From Corallococcus sp. CA041A (lineage in GTDB: Bacteria; Myxococcota; Myxococcia; Myxococcales; Myxococcaceae): 40,012 nucleotides of DNA. Under the pieces are notes generated by a model that saw only the letters and a program-made list of their open reading frames with translations, was not told the DNA's origin and searched no databases. Both the position numbers and the translations under genes were made by a program. The stretch spans positions 1-40,012 of the forward strand of contig NZ_RAWF01000059.1 of assembly GCF_003612075.1 (NCBI RefSeq), given 5' to 3'. Below, piece after piece: positions 1 to 7,358 of the stretch. Numbering within the stretch: the stretch's first letter is position 1; each line of letters begins with the position of its first letter.

Positions 1-96
1 GTGTTCTACAACCGGAAGCGGCGCCACTCCGCCCTGGGCTACGTCAGCCCAGTGGAATACGAGCGGAGGGCCGCAACCAAGAGGCTGGCAGCGTAG
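1..96 (+). mobile_element. 3' end of an IS3-family transposase (OrfB integrase-core C-terminus), truncated by the window edge
   Basis: Frame 1 reads VFYNRKRRHSALGYVSPVEYERRAATKRLAA*. The RRHSALGY..SP..YE motif is the characteristic C-terminal tail of IS3-family DDE transposases. Only 32 codons are visible, so element ends and inverted repeats cannot be assessed. Confidence 0.6.
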
Positions 97-311
97 TCAA
101 CCTGTCCACCGAACCGGAGCAGGCCCACACCGCCGCACGACCCGCGTGATGGGGACGCGCACGGATAGCGCGCTCGAAGTCCGACATGTCCAGCGCTTCG
201 ACAGCCGCCCATACAGCGCGCACTGGATGCTCTCGGTCAACCAACTGCTCGTAGGTCCGAGCCGCCAGCACCTGCGTCCGTTTCGGCCGGAGCACACGCA
301 CTCGCGGCCGT

Positions 312-1025
312 TTGCTCCCCGCCATGGCGATTCATGCTCGCACAGCAGCGCTTATGCATCCTTTGGATGCATCAGAATCGTTAATTTTTTCTCATCCCCT
401 CAGGGTCGCGGGCGTCTTCTCGGCCGCGGCGGTGCTCCTCATCGGGGCGGCTCATGCTCGGGGGCTGAAGCGCGATGACATCACGCCTGTCTATGTTGGC
501 GCGCACACGCTCGGGGTGGGGGGCGCCTGGCTCCTGGCGTATGCGGCGGCTCGCCTCGAGCGCGCGCGAGCGACGGCGCTCATCGGTGGCCTCTCCGCGC
601 TGTCACTGGCTGGTTTCGGGGCGTACGAGCTCACTGCGCCTCAACCACCGTACAAGGAGATCTCGGAGATCCTTCGCCCCTATCTGGAACCACTGCCGCC
701 CGGGCATGAGAGCTTCATCTCGCCCCGGTACAAGGTTCTTCAGCTCTACCTGTTTCGCAATGGTCGCTACTGGCAGTCCTTCTACACGGAACTCCGGCCG
801 GAGACGCTCGTGGCGAGCATCGCGTCCGGCGAGTACTGCGCCTTCGTCTTCGGCCCGGAGGAGCGTGAAGACCCCCGGCTCGTGCAAATGGAGCGGGACA
901 TCGCGCTGCAGGCCTTGGACTTGAGCGCGGAGTTGCCGGAGGGCGCACGCGGGGGATTCCGCGTCTTCGTGAACCGAGCATGCATGCAGGAGGGCGCGAA
1001 GGGTTCACGCCACGCGGAGGGATGA
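312..1025 (+). CDS. hypothetical membrane protein; start codon uncertain
   Basis: 237-aa ORF with an N-terminal hydrophobic segment (VAGVFSAAAVLLIGAA) and a second Ala/Gly-rich TM-like stretch. The first 30 codons are AT-rich with atypical GC3 for this genome, so the true start is probably downstream (for example the GTG near 433). No recognisable domain. Confidence 0.3.
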   Translation: MLPAMAIHARTAALMHPLDASESLIFSHPLRVAGVFSAAAVLLIGAAHARGLKRDDITPVYVGAHTLGVGGAWLLAYAAARLERARATALIGGLSALSLAGFGAYELTAPQPPYKEISEILRPYLEPLPPGHESFISPRYKVLQLYLFRNGRYWQSFYTELRPETLVASIASGEYCAFVFGPEEREDPRLVQMERDIALQALDLSAELPEGARGGFRVFVNRACMQEGAKGSRHAEG

Positions 1026-1306
1026 CGCCAGCATTCAACGCCGGCTGTCTTCAACGCGCCTTTCCCACCCACACCACATGACCAGCGATCGCTATAGCTG
1101 CTCCATGACTGCTCCTGTTGAGTCATGACATGACGTCGAAGCACCACGGCCCGTTCTGGAAAGTCCAGAGCGGGCCGCGGTAGGTCAAGGGCTGGAAGGT
1201 GGCGGCGTGGTCGGCGCTCTGTCCAGCGTCGTCAACGTTCCGGCCGGACCTTCAGTCCGCGCGGGCCTCCGCGCTGCTCAGGCCCCGGTGCCTCACCCTG
1301 CTACAG

Positions 1307-1400
1307 GTGTTCGCCTTGCTCCGGAATTGGTGTTCGGCTTGTCCCGGAGCCGGTGTTCGGCTTGCTCCGGAATCGGTGATCGGGATCGTCCGGAGCACGC
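1307..1400. repeat. four tandem 23-bp direct repeats (alternating A/B variants) in a 578-bp intergenic region
   Basis: The units are ggtgttcgccttgctccggaatt, ggtgttcggcttgtcccggagcc, ggtgttcggcttgctccggaatc and ggtgatcgggatcgtccggagcacg. Each contains a TCCGGA core. They lie about 200 bp upstream of the lipoprotein gene start at 1604. Confidence 0.6.
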
Positions 1401-1603
1401 ATCCACCCTGAAGGGATGACGTTGAACCCAGAGGTGTCGCGGGCGCGTGACAGGTGGGCAGCGCCAGGGCGCTTCCTGGGGCAGGGAGAATTTCATGCGA
1501 GGGTGGCCCGGATGCGCGTTAGCCTGGAGTTCGCTTTACCAGCCACATCCCGCGCAACCATCGTTGAGATCCCTGCGCCTGCTCGGCGCGGAGAGGGAGA
1601 ACC

Positions 1604-2668
1604 ATGCAGCGCTTTGTCCTCTTGGGTCTTGCACTGCTCACGGCCTGTGCAACGCCTGTCCATCAGGCCGCATCGCCGGTCCAGCCCAGCCCGGTCTACG
1701 TGTTCGAAGGCGTGGAGGTGTTCGGCTCACGCAAGGTGCCCAAGGGCAAGCTGCTGGAGGTCATTGGGATGCCTGCGCCCGGCGCGCGCTTCAACCTCGA
1801 GAAGGGGGAGTTCACGCCGTACCTCATGGAGAGCAAGCCGCGGCTCCTGGCGGCCTACAAGTTCGCGTTCTGCAGGTACTCGATGGTGGCCTACCCGCCG
1901 ACGCGGACGTTCCGGGTGACGGTGGATCTGGTCGATGCCGGAGATGAGTGGCGTATGCCCTTTTCACCCGCGCCGCAGGGCGATATCCCGGAGCCGGAGG
2001 GCCTCCTCACGGCCTGGGATGAATACCAGACGGCCTACTGGAAGCTGAGCAGGGAAGGGGCTGTCCCCGAGTACGGCAAGAGCAAGTGCCATGCCCTCAA
2101 CTGCCATGGAGGATTCGACCACCCCGAGCTCGCGCCGCTGGAGCAGCGCTTCATGGATGGTGTTCCCCGCAATCTCGACACGCTGGTGCGGGTGCTGCGT
2201 GAGGATCGCAACGACTCCAAGCGAATGGCCACGGTCATGCTCCTGCCCTACATCAACTCACGCGAGCAACTGGTGAAGCTCGTTCTCCCGTCGGTGCGCG
2301 ACCCCTACGAGGGTGTGCGCAACGAGGCGCTGCGCCTGCTGGGAACGATGCAGGAGGGACAGCCGCGGGTCATCATCCCGCTGGAGCCCGTGCTCGAAGC
2401 GCTCTGGTACCCGCTCGAGACCGACCGCAACAAGGCAGCCTGGGCGCTCGTGCACATCGTGGAAACCGAAGGCGCCGCCCATCAGCGGCAGATTCTCGAC
2501 AAGGCGGGCGCGGTGCTGGTGGAGATGGCTGGAATGCAGCAGAAGACCGATGCCGAGCCTGCTCGCAAGGTGCTCGCCATCCTGGCGGGGCGGGACCTGG
2601 GTGACGAGCCGGCGGCCTGGCACCGTTGGGTCGAGCAGACGCTCGGCTCGAACAGTGCCCATCGGTGA
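1604..2668 (+). CDS. lipoprotein with HEAT/armadillo-like repeats in the C-terminal half
   Basis: GGAGAGGGAGAACC precedes the ATG. The N-terminus MQRFVLLGLALLTAC carries an LLTAC lipobox. The C-terminal region has repeated RNEALRLLG / DRNKAAWALVHI-type HEAT-like motifs. GC3 codon bias is typical of the host. Confidence 0.6.
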   Translation: MQRFVLLGLALLTACATPVHQAASPVQPSPVYVFEGVEVFGSRKVPKGKLLEVIGMPAPGARFNLEKGEFTPYLMESKPRLLAAYKFAFCRYSMVAYPPTRTFRVTVDLVDAGDEWRMPFSPAPQGDIPEPEGLLTAWDEYQTAYWKLSREGAVPEYGKSKCHALNCHGGFDHPELAPLEQRFMDGVPRNLDTLVRVLREDRNDSKRMATVMLLPYINSREQLVKLVLPSVRDPYEGVRNEALRLLGTMQEGQPRVIIPLEPVLEALWYPLETDRNKAAWALVHIVETEGAAHQRQILDKAGAVLVEMAGMQQKTDAEPARKVLAILAGRDLGDEPAAWHRWVEQTLGSNSAHR

Positions 2669-2719
2669 CGAAGATGCTGCGAAGGCGGCAGTACGGGGGG
2701 CGTAACCCCTGGAACGCAT

Positions 2720-2785
2720 TGGCGGTAGGGCACGGGAATCGAACTCGCCAGGGACTGCTCTCGTAGCCCCTCACCGGTTTTGAAG
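2720..2785. repeat. 66-nt direct repeat (65/66 identical) of the 3' portion of the tRNA-Sec gene; putative attR-type island boundary
   Basis: tggcggtagggcacgggaatcgaactcgccagggactgctctcgtagcccctcaccggttttgaag is identical to 6071-6136 apart from one T/C difference (2764 vs 6115). The repeat begins exactly at the tRNA CCA 3' end and runs to the anticodon loop. Similarity ends abruptly on both sides. Confidence 0.7.
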
Positions 2786-2933
2786 CCCCGCCACACCGAT
2801 CCGCGAGGTGCCCGGGAGGATTGAGGGGTGGCCCGTTTCCCTCTGGCGCGGGGTGGACCGCGAGTCCGTAAAGGTCCACCCGCGTCCGTTCATCTTGGGT
2901 ACAGCTTGGGTACGCGGGTGGGGACGGCAGGGG

Positions 2934-3542
2934 TTAGGGGGCATTGGCTGCACCGGGGCCGGTCACGTCCGTGAACTTCGTGCCGGTGATGACCGCGCGC
3001 TCCAGGGCCTCCTTGATCTCCTCGGACACGATCAAGGCCACGGTCCAGCCCCAGGTGCGGAACACCTTGGCGCCTTCCACCTTCGCCGGGTCGATGCGCA
3101 TCCCGGACACGGAGGAGTACGTACCCACCTTTTCGGGCATCCCGTCCTCCGGGGTCCAGTAACGCACCTCCTCGCACGCTGCATCGTCGATGCACTTCAC
3201 CAGCCGGGTGGCGTTGAGGATGAAGTGCTGAGCGGGCTGGGAGTCGATCTCCACCGGGATGAGCTTCATGTCGTCGGGTGCCAGCTCGGTGAAGAAGGAG
3301 GCCGCCCGGGCGTGGACGACGGGGATGCTGAATGCCGCGTGGGAATAGTCGAGCGGTTTGCCGGAGATCTTGATGGGGATCCTGATGCGCTCGTCCGAGT
3401 GAGCCCGCTGCCCGATCCTGAACTGCCACGGGTCATAGAGCTTGCGCCCTTCCTGATCGAGAGGATGCCCCAGCTCCCACCGGCCGGAGAGGTACACATC
3501 ATCGGTCAACTTGAAGAACCGCGTCGGCATGAGGTCGTCCAT
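2934..3542 (-). CDS. putative (orphan) polymorphic-toxin immunity protein, Imm11/DUF1629-like by recollection
   Basis: 202-aa ORF starting MDDLMPTRFFKLTDDVYLSGRWELGHPLDQEGRKLYDPWQF. It sits 10 nt downstream of the first immunity gene within the toxin locus, on the same strand, and has no signal peptide. The family assignment is from memory only. Confidence 0.45.
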   Translation of the reverse strand: MDDLMPTRFFKLTDDVYLSGRWELGHPLDQEGRKLYDPWQFRIGQRAHSDERIRIPIKISGKPLDYSHAAFSIPVVHARAASFFTELAPDDMKLIPVEIDSQPAQHFILNATRLVKCIDDAACEEVRYWTPEDGMPEKVGTYSSVSGMRIDPAKVEGAKVFRTWGWTVALIVSEEIKEALERAVITGTKFTDVTGPGAANAP

Positions 3543-3552
3543 CCGAGGCGGG

Positions 3553-3903
3553 CTACTCTGGATCGAGCGCCCAGGTTCCTTCTTCCCAGCGCTTCAATGC
3601 CTGCCCGGCTTCAAAGGGAACGAGCCCCTTGCCCTTGGCGGCTTCCTCCAGAACCGCCTTCGCTTCGGCCGTCCGGTAGCGGAGCAGATGGGCGGCGGCC
3701 ATGACACGCACATCCATGCGCTCATGCTTGAGCAGGACGAGGAGGGCATCACGTCCTGCGTTTCCATGGGCCAGGAGCTTATCGACGGCTGCACCGTACT
3801 TCCTGGCGTGCTTGTTTCCCGTCTTGGCATCTCCCCGGAAGATGGCCTCGGTCTGTGCCGCCACGTTCAGGGCGAACTGCTCGACCAATCTCTCCAACGT
3901 CAT
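3553..3903 (-). CDS. DUF2019-like immunity protein (HEAT-like helical repeat) cognate to the upstream toxin
   Basis: Its ATG overlaps the toxin TGA by one nucleotide (GTGATG on the minus strand), as is typical of translationally coupled toxin-immunity pairs. It is 116 aa and helical. LLAHGNAGRDALLVLLKHERMDVRVMAAAHLL resembles DUF2019 immunity proteins. Confidence 0.55.
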   Translation of the reverse strand: MTLERLVEQFALNVAAQTEAIFRGDAKTGNKHARKYGAAVDKLLAHGNAGRDALLVLLKHERMDVRVMAAAHLLRYRTAEAKAVLEEAAKGKGLVPFEAGQALKRWEEGTWALDPE

Positions 3904-5255
3904 CACCAGACCCCCTTCGCCACGTTCTCCATGGCCAGCAGCCCGAAGTCACGCTGGGCCTCGTAGGACTGCGTGCTCAACCATTGCCTCACGGTCAATG
4001 GCGAGCCGGTGATACTACGCCGGATCGACGAGTAGAGCGCGCTGACGTCGGTGTGCAGGATCTTGTCCAGTGGGATGAGGTTCTCGGTGTTGTGGAGGGC
4101 CTGGGGGCCGAAGCGCTTCACGTTGCCCGGAGTTTGCTCGACGATGTGGTGCCACTCCTTGTTCTTGCCCGCCGGGCCCATGGCCTTCTTGAAACCACTG
4201 AACGAGCTCCAGGCCCTGTAGCCCAAGGGACGCGCCTTGGCGGAGGCGCTGCCGCCCGTGGCTTTGGCCCCCATGGCCACCGCGCCGGGCGCGAGGGCGA
4301 TGGTGACGGTCTCGGCGCTCACGGCCACCGTTCCCACGTCCGCGACCGCCGCGAGCCTGATGCCCATTTGCGCTTCAGCCTGGACCGCCGCCTGCGCGGC
4401 GCCTGGGAGCATTGGCACCTTCGACCCCAGCCCCGCCGCCGTGTTCCCAAGGGCGGCCGTTGCCAACATGGCGAACGCGCGCGCCGCGTTGCGGCCCATG
4501 ACCTTGCCGTAGCGCTCACCCGCCTCGCGGAGTTCGTCAAACGTGGTGGCCCGCTCCGCCTCCTCCACCAGCTGCTTGAAGCCCAAGATGAGGCTCCAGA
4601 ACGTATCGACCCCCACGTAGGCAATGAGGGAGGCGGTCATCACGGCGGCCACGCCCTTCGAGAAAGGCTCGGGCACCGCGAGCAAGATGCAGTACGTGGT
4701 CCACGTCCAAAGAACCGCAGCCATCATGGCCTGGGGATCAGCCATCTCCTTGAAGGCGTCCATCATCTCGTCCCGCACGACGCCTTGGGCCAAGGCCATG
4801 GCCAGGGCGTAACGGCCATCTCCGGTGACAGTAGGGCTCTCCACCAGGAGGCGCAGGCAATCGCCGGGTTTGCTCGTTCGCTCGCACCAGCGCAGGTATG
4901 CGCGCGTCAGATCCACCTCTGTCGAGGGGAGATCACCGTCCAGGTGTTCGCCCGGTCCCAGCGGGATGACACGGTGGCTGCGCGGCTCGTACAGGTACGA
5001 ACCGCTGCGCGGATCCATCTCGAAAAACCGCCGGGCCGTTTCCTGGGGATGAGTGGACGGCCGCACGTTCCGGGCGAGCACTGCTACGACTTCAACGAAG
5101 TCGTCTTCGTCCAACTCCACCGGCGCGGCATCGCCGCTGCGTGGGGTGAGGACGATGGGGTCGCCGTGGCCCGTGTGTAGGCGCACGGACTTCGTGGTGC
5201 CGCTGCATCCGGCCAGCATCACGATCAGTAGGGGAATCGACCATCGTGGCAGCAT
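3903..5255 (-). CDS. SitA-like polymorphic lipoprotein toxin with a C-terminal WHH-type HNH nuclease domain
   Basis: Start moved to the ATG at 5255, which is preceded by AGGAGG 8 nt upstream. The N-terminus MLPRWSIPLLIVMLAGCSGT is a lipoprotein signal with an LAGC lipobox. A long variable or hydrophobic central region follows. The C-terminus KEWHHIVEQ...ALHNTENLIPL...ILH matches the WHH subfamily of HNH/EndoVII nucleases (catalytic HH, structural N, metal-binding H). The immunity gene overlaps its stop. Confidence 0.6.
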   Translation of the reverse strand: MLPRWSIPLLIVMLAGCSGTTKSVRLHTGHGDPIVLTPRSGDAAPVELDEDDFVEVVAVLARNVRPSTHPQETARRFFEMDPRSGSYLYEPRSHRVIPLGPGEHLDGDLPSTEVDLTRAYLRWCERTSKPGDCLRLLVESPTVTGDGRYALAMALAQGVVRDEMMDAFKEMADPQAMMAAVLWTWTTYCILLAVPEPFSKGVAAVMTASLIAYVGVDTFWSLILGFKQLVEEAERATTFDELREAGERYGKVMGRNAARAFAMLATAALGNTAAGLGSKVPMLPGAAQAAVQAEAQMGIRLAAVADVGTVAVSAETVTIALAPGAVAMGAKATGGSASAKARPLGYRAWSSFSGFKKAMGPAGKNKEWHHIVEQTPGNVKRFGPQALHNTENLIPLDKILHTDVSALYSSIRRSITGSPLTVRQWLSTQSYEAQRDFGLLAMENVAKGVW

Positions 5256-5614
5256 GCGGAGCCCTCCTGGCGCTGGCGCTCTTTGCTCGGGAGCGCATCG
5301 GTGGCGCAAGGTCGGGTAATACCAGGTAGAACTGACAAGCGCTCCGGGTGGTCACCGGCTGTCGTCGAGCGTGCGGGCCGACGGCGTGCCGGAAGTGTTC
5401 AGGTGCAGTGCGCCCAATGACTAGATTGCTTCCATGGGAGCATCCGGTCTGTCCAAACGCGCCTGCCAGCAGAGGTCCCACGATAGCCCACAGGACCAGC
5501 CGCCGTGCTGTTTTCCCGAGAGCCAAGCGACTCTCCATTGCCATGGGTTCACAGTGACTGGGGGCGATGCTGATCGTCAGGCCCAAGTCAGTCGTTCAAA
5601 TCTAGTTCGGCATA

Positions 5615-6004
5615 CTAGGGGAGCCGGACTGTCCCGATGTGAACTCCAAGTGAGAGGAACGCGTCTCGTCGTACGAGCCCATACTTTCCAGCGGATGAGC
5701 CGCGACCGGCCGACTCGCGGGTATGTTTGGAATAAATGCTGGACGGTAGTGACCAAATGTCAAAGCTGCCGTCGCTCTGTTGGAAAGCACCGAATACGCG
5801 GGACACGCGTGCAAGCATCTTGAAGGTGACACCGACGGTGTCGGTGTCAGGTTTGGCGCACTTGATCACAATCAATTCGTCGTCGAGTAGCGCCTCATTC
5901 GAGATGTTGCTGAGTGGCTTGGCTCCTAGCTTTTCGGCGAGCTGTCGAGCTGTATCACGGCCCCATTGAGCGGCAGTTGCGCCACTTTCCTTATCCTGTG
6001 GCAT
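5615..6004 (-). CDS. hypothetical protein in a low-GC (about 57 %) segment of the island
   Basis: 129-aa ORF. Local GC is clearly below the flanking 70 %, suggesting foreign origin. No recognisable motifs, and coding status is uncertain. Confidence 0.3.
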   Translation of the reverse strand: MPQDKESGATAAQWGRDTARQLAEKLGAKPLSNISNEALLDDELIVIKCAKPDTDTVGVTFKMLARVSRVFGAFQQSDGSFDIWSLPSSIYSKHTRESAGRGSSAGKYGLVRRDAFLSLGVHIGTVRLP

Positions 6005-6070
6005 TTGTGCGTCGACCTCTTGGTAGCTGCTGGCTGGTGACGATGAATCGCTAACCGGATTGCAGAGGTG

Positions 6071-6169
6071 TGGCGGTAGGGCACGGGAATCGAACTCGCC
6101 AGGGACTGCTCTCGCAGCCCCTCACCGGTTTTGAAGACCGGGCCGGCCACCAGGTCCGGAGGCCCTACC
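6071..6169 (-). tRNA. selC: tRNA-Sec (selenocysteine tRNA, anticodon UCA), about 99 nt with a long variable arm
   Basis: Minus-strand sequence GGTAGGGC...CCGGT-CTTCAAA-ACCGG...GAGTTCGATTCCCGTGCCCTACC-G-CCA. It has an 8-bp acceptor stem and a 7-nt anticodon loop with U33, anticodon TCA and A37. It also has a roughly 25-nt variable arm, a GTTCGATTC T-loop, a G73 discriminator and an encoded CCA. One A-C mismatch sits in the T-stem. Confidence 0.7.
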
Positions 6170-6211
6170 GCTTCCGATTACCTCCGCTCCGCCCCAGTCC
6201 GTCAACCACGG

Positions 6212-7180
6212 TCACGGCTTGCGCGCGAACACCACGGCGTACTCGTCGCAGTTGAACAGCGCGGGCCACTGGAGCTGCTCCGGTGTCATCCGCATCGCCT
6301 TGTGCACGTCCGCGCGCACCTGGTGCAGCGACGTGCTCCCCGGATTGCGCTCCAGCTGCGTCATGCCCCGCAGCGCCACCAGCGCCGTGTTCACCGCCGG
6401 GTACACATCCTCCGCGATGGACTCCACCTTCGCGTCCTGGAACCCCGCCCGCCGCAGCTCCGACAGGTAGCGCTCCGTCGACCAGACGTTCTCCTCCGGG
6501 AAGGCAATCAGCCCCCGCCAGTAGCGGTAGCGCAGCCGCGCTCGGAGTCCGGCTCCAGCCTCACGGTCCGTCTTCTGCGCCATGTCCGCCATCACCAGCC
6601 GGCCTCCCGGCTTCAGCACCCGGAAGGCCTCGCGCAGGAAGTCCTGCCGCATCCGGAAGTGCATCGCGGACTCCAGCGCGAACACCACGTCGAATGCTCC
6701 CTCCGGCCCAGGCAGCGCCGTCGCGCTCCCCACCTCCAGCCGGACCACGCCCTCCAACCCCGTCAGCTTCACGCGCTCCCGGCCCACCTTCACCTGGTTC
6801 GGCGTGATGTTCACCCCGACGATGCTCGCGGGCTTGAACTCCTCCGCCCACAGCAGGTCCTGGTCCGCGTAACCGAAGCCGCAGTCCAAGACGGCATCCC
6901 CGGGCCCCAGCTTCGCCGTCCTCGCCAACAGGCGCGCCATCTCCGCCTGGGCGGACCGGAACAGCTCCCCCACGCGCTCCACGTTGGAGTCGTCCACCTT
7001 CTCCACGTGCTTCCAGTAGCCCAGGTTGATCCAGAAGGGCTCCCGGCCCGTTGTCACCCGGATGTCGCTCGGCGCCGGCATCCCCGCCACCCAGGCTCCT
7101 GTCTCGTTCGTATAGAAGCGCTCCGGGTCCGCCAGGAACGCACTCTTCAGCCGCGTCGCGACCTGCCTCACGTTGACCAT
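6212..7180 (-). CDS. class I SAM-dependent methyltransferase
   Basis: CAGGAGG RBS 7 nt before the ATG. Motif I VLDCGFGYADQ and motif post-I/II (VVFALESAMHF, LKPGGRLVM) are typical of the Rossmann-fold methyltransferase family. Confidence 0.75.
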   Translation of the reverse strand: MVNVRQVATRLKSAFLADPERFYTNETGAWVAGMPAPSDIRVTTGREPFWINLGYWKHVEKVDDSNVERVGELFRSAQAEMARLLARTAKLGPGDAVLDCGFGYADQDLLWAEEFKPASIVGVNITPNQVKVGRERVKLTGLEGVVRLEVGSATALPGPEGAFDVVFALESAMHFRMRQDFLREAFRVLKPGGRLVMADMAQKTDREAGAGLRARLRYRYWRGLIAFPEENVWSTERYLSELRRAGFQDAKVESIAEDVYPAVNTALVALRGMTQLERNPGSTSLHQVRADVHKAMRMTPEQLQWPALFNCDEYAVVFARKP

Positions 7181-7358
7181 CGCCAGCCTCCTGGGCCTTC
7201 CAACCGATGGCCGGAACCCTAGCCCGTGTCACGGCAATTCCAGGCTTGGCCTGCATGACGGTTTTCACTGGTGAATGAAGCGGGGCCGCTCGCCCGGTGT
7301 CCCAGGGGGCGCCTTGCCCGGCGCGTCATCCGGGCTCCATGATGAGCGCCCTTCCGCC

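Noticed and set aside
3855-5180. 441-aa plus-strand ORF opposite the toxin gene, and the 5092-5586 minus ORF
   Set aside because: The toxin frame has the RBS, lipobox and nuclease motif. The alternatives are low-complexity.
6071-6169. Reading the tRNA-like sequence on the plus strand as tRNA-Ser(UGA)
   Set aside because: Only the minus strand gives a GTTCGATTC T-loop, a U33/A37-flanked 7-nt anticodon loop and a 3' GCCA. The plus-strand anticodon-like loop has no proper T-arm.
6131-7222. 363-aa plus-strand ORF, and the 6283-6807 and 6561-7268 ORFs over the methyltransferase
   Set aside because: The minus-strand frame carries SAM-binding motif I and a strong RBS. The others are Pro/Arg/Ala-rich artefacts.
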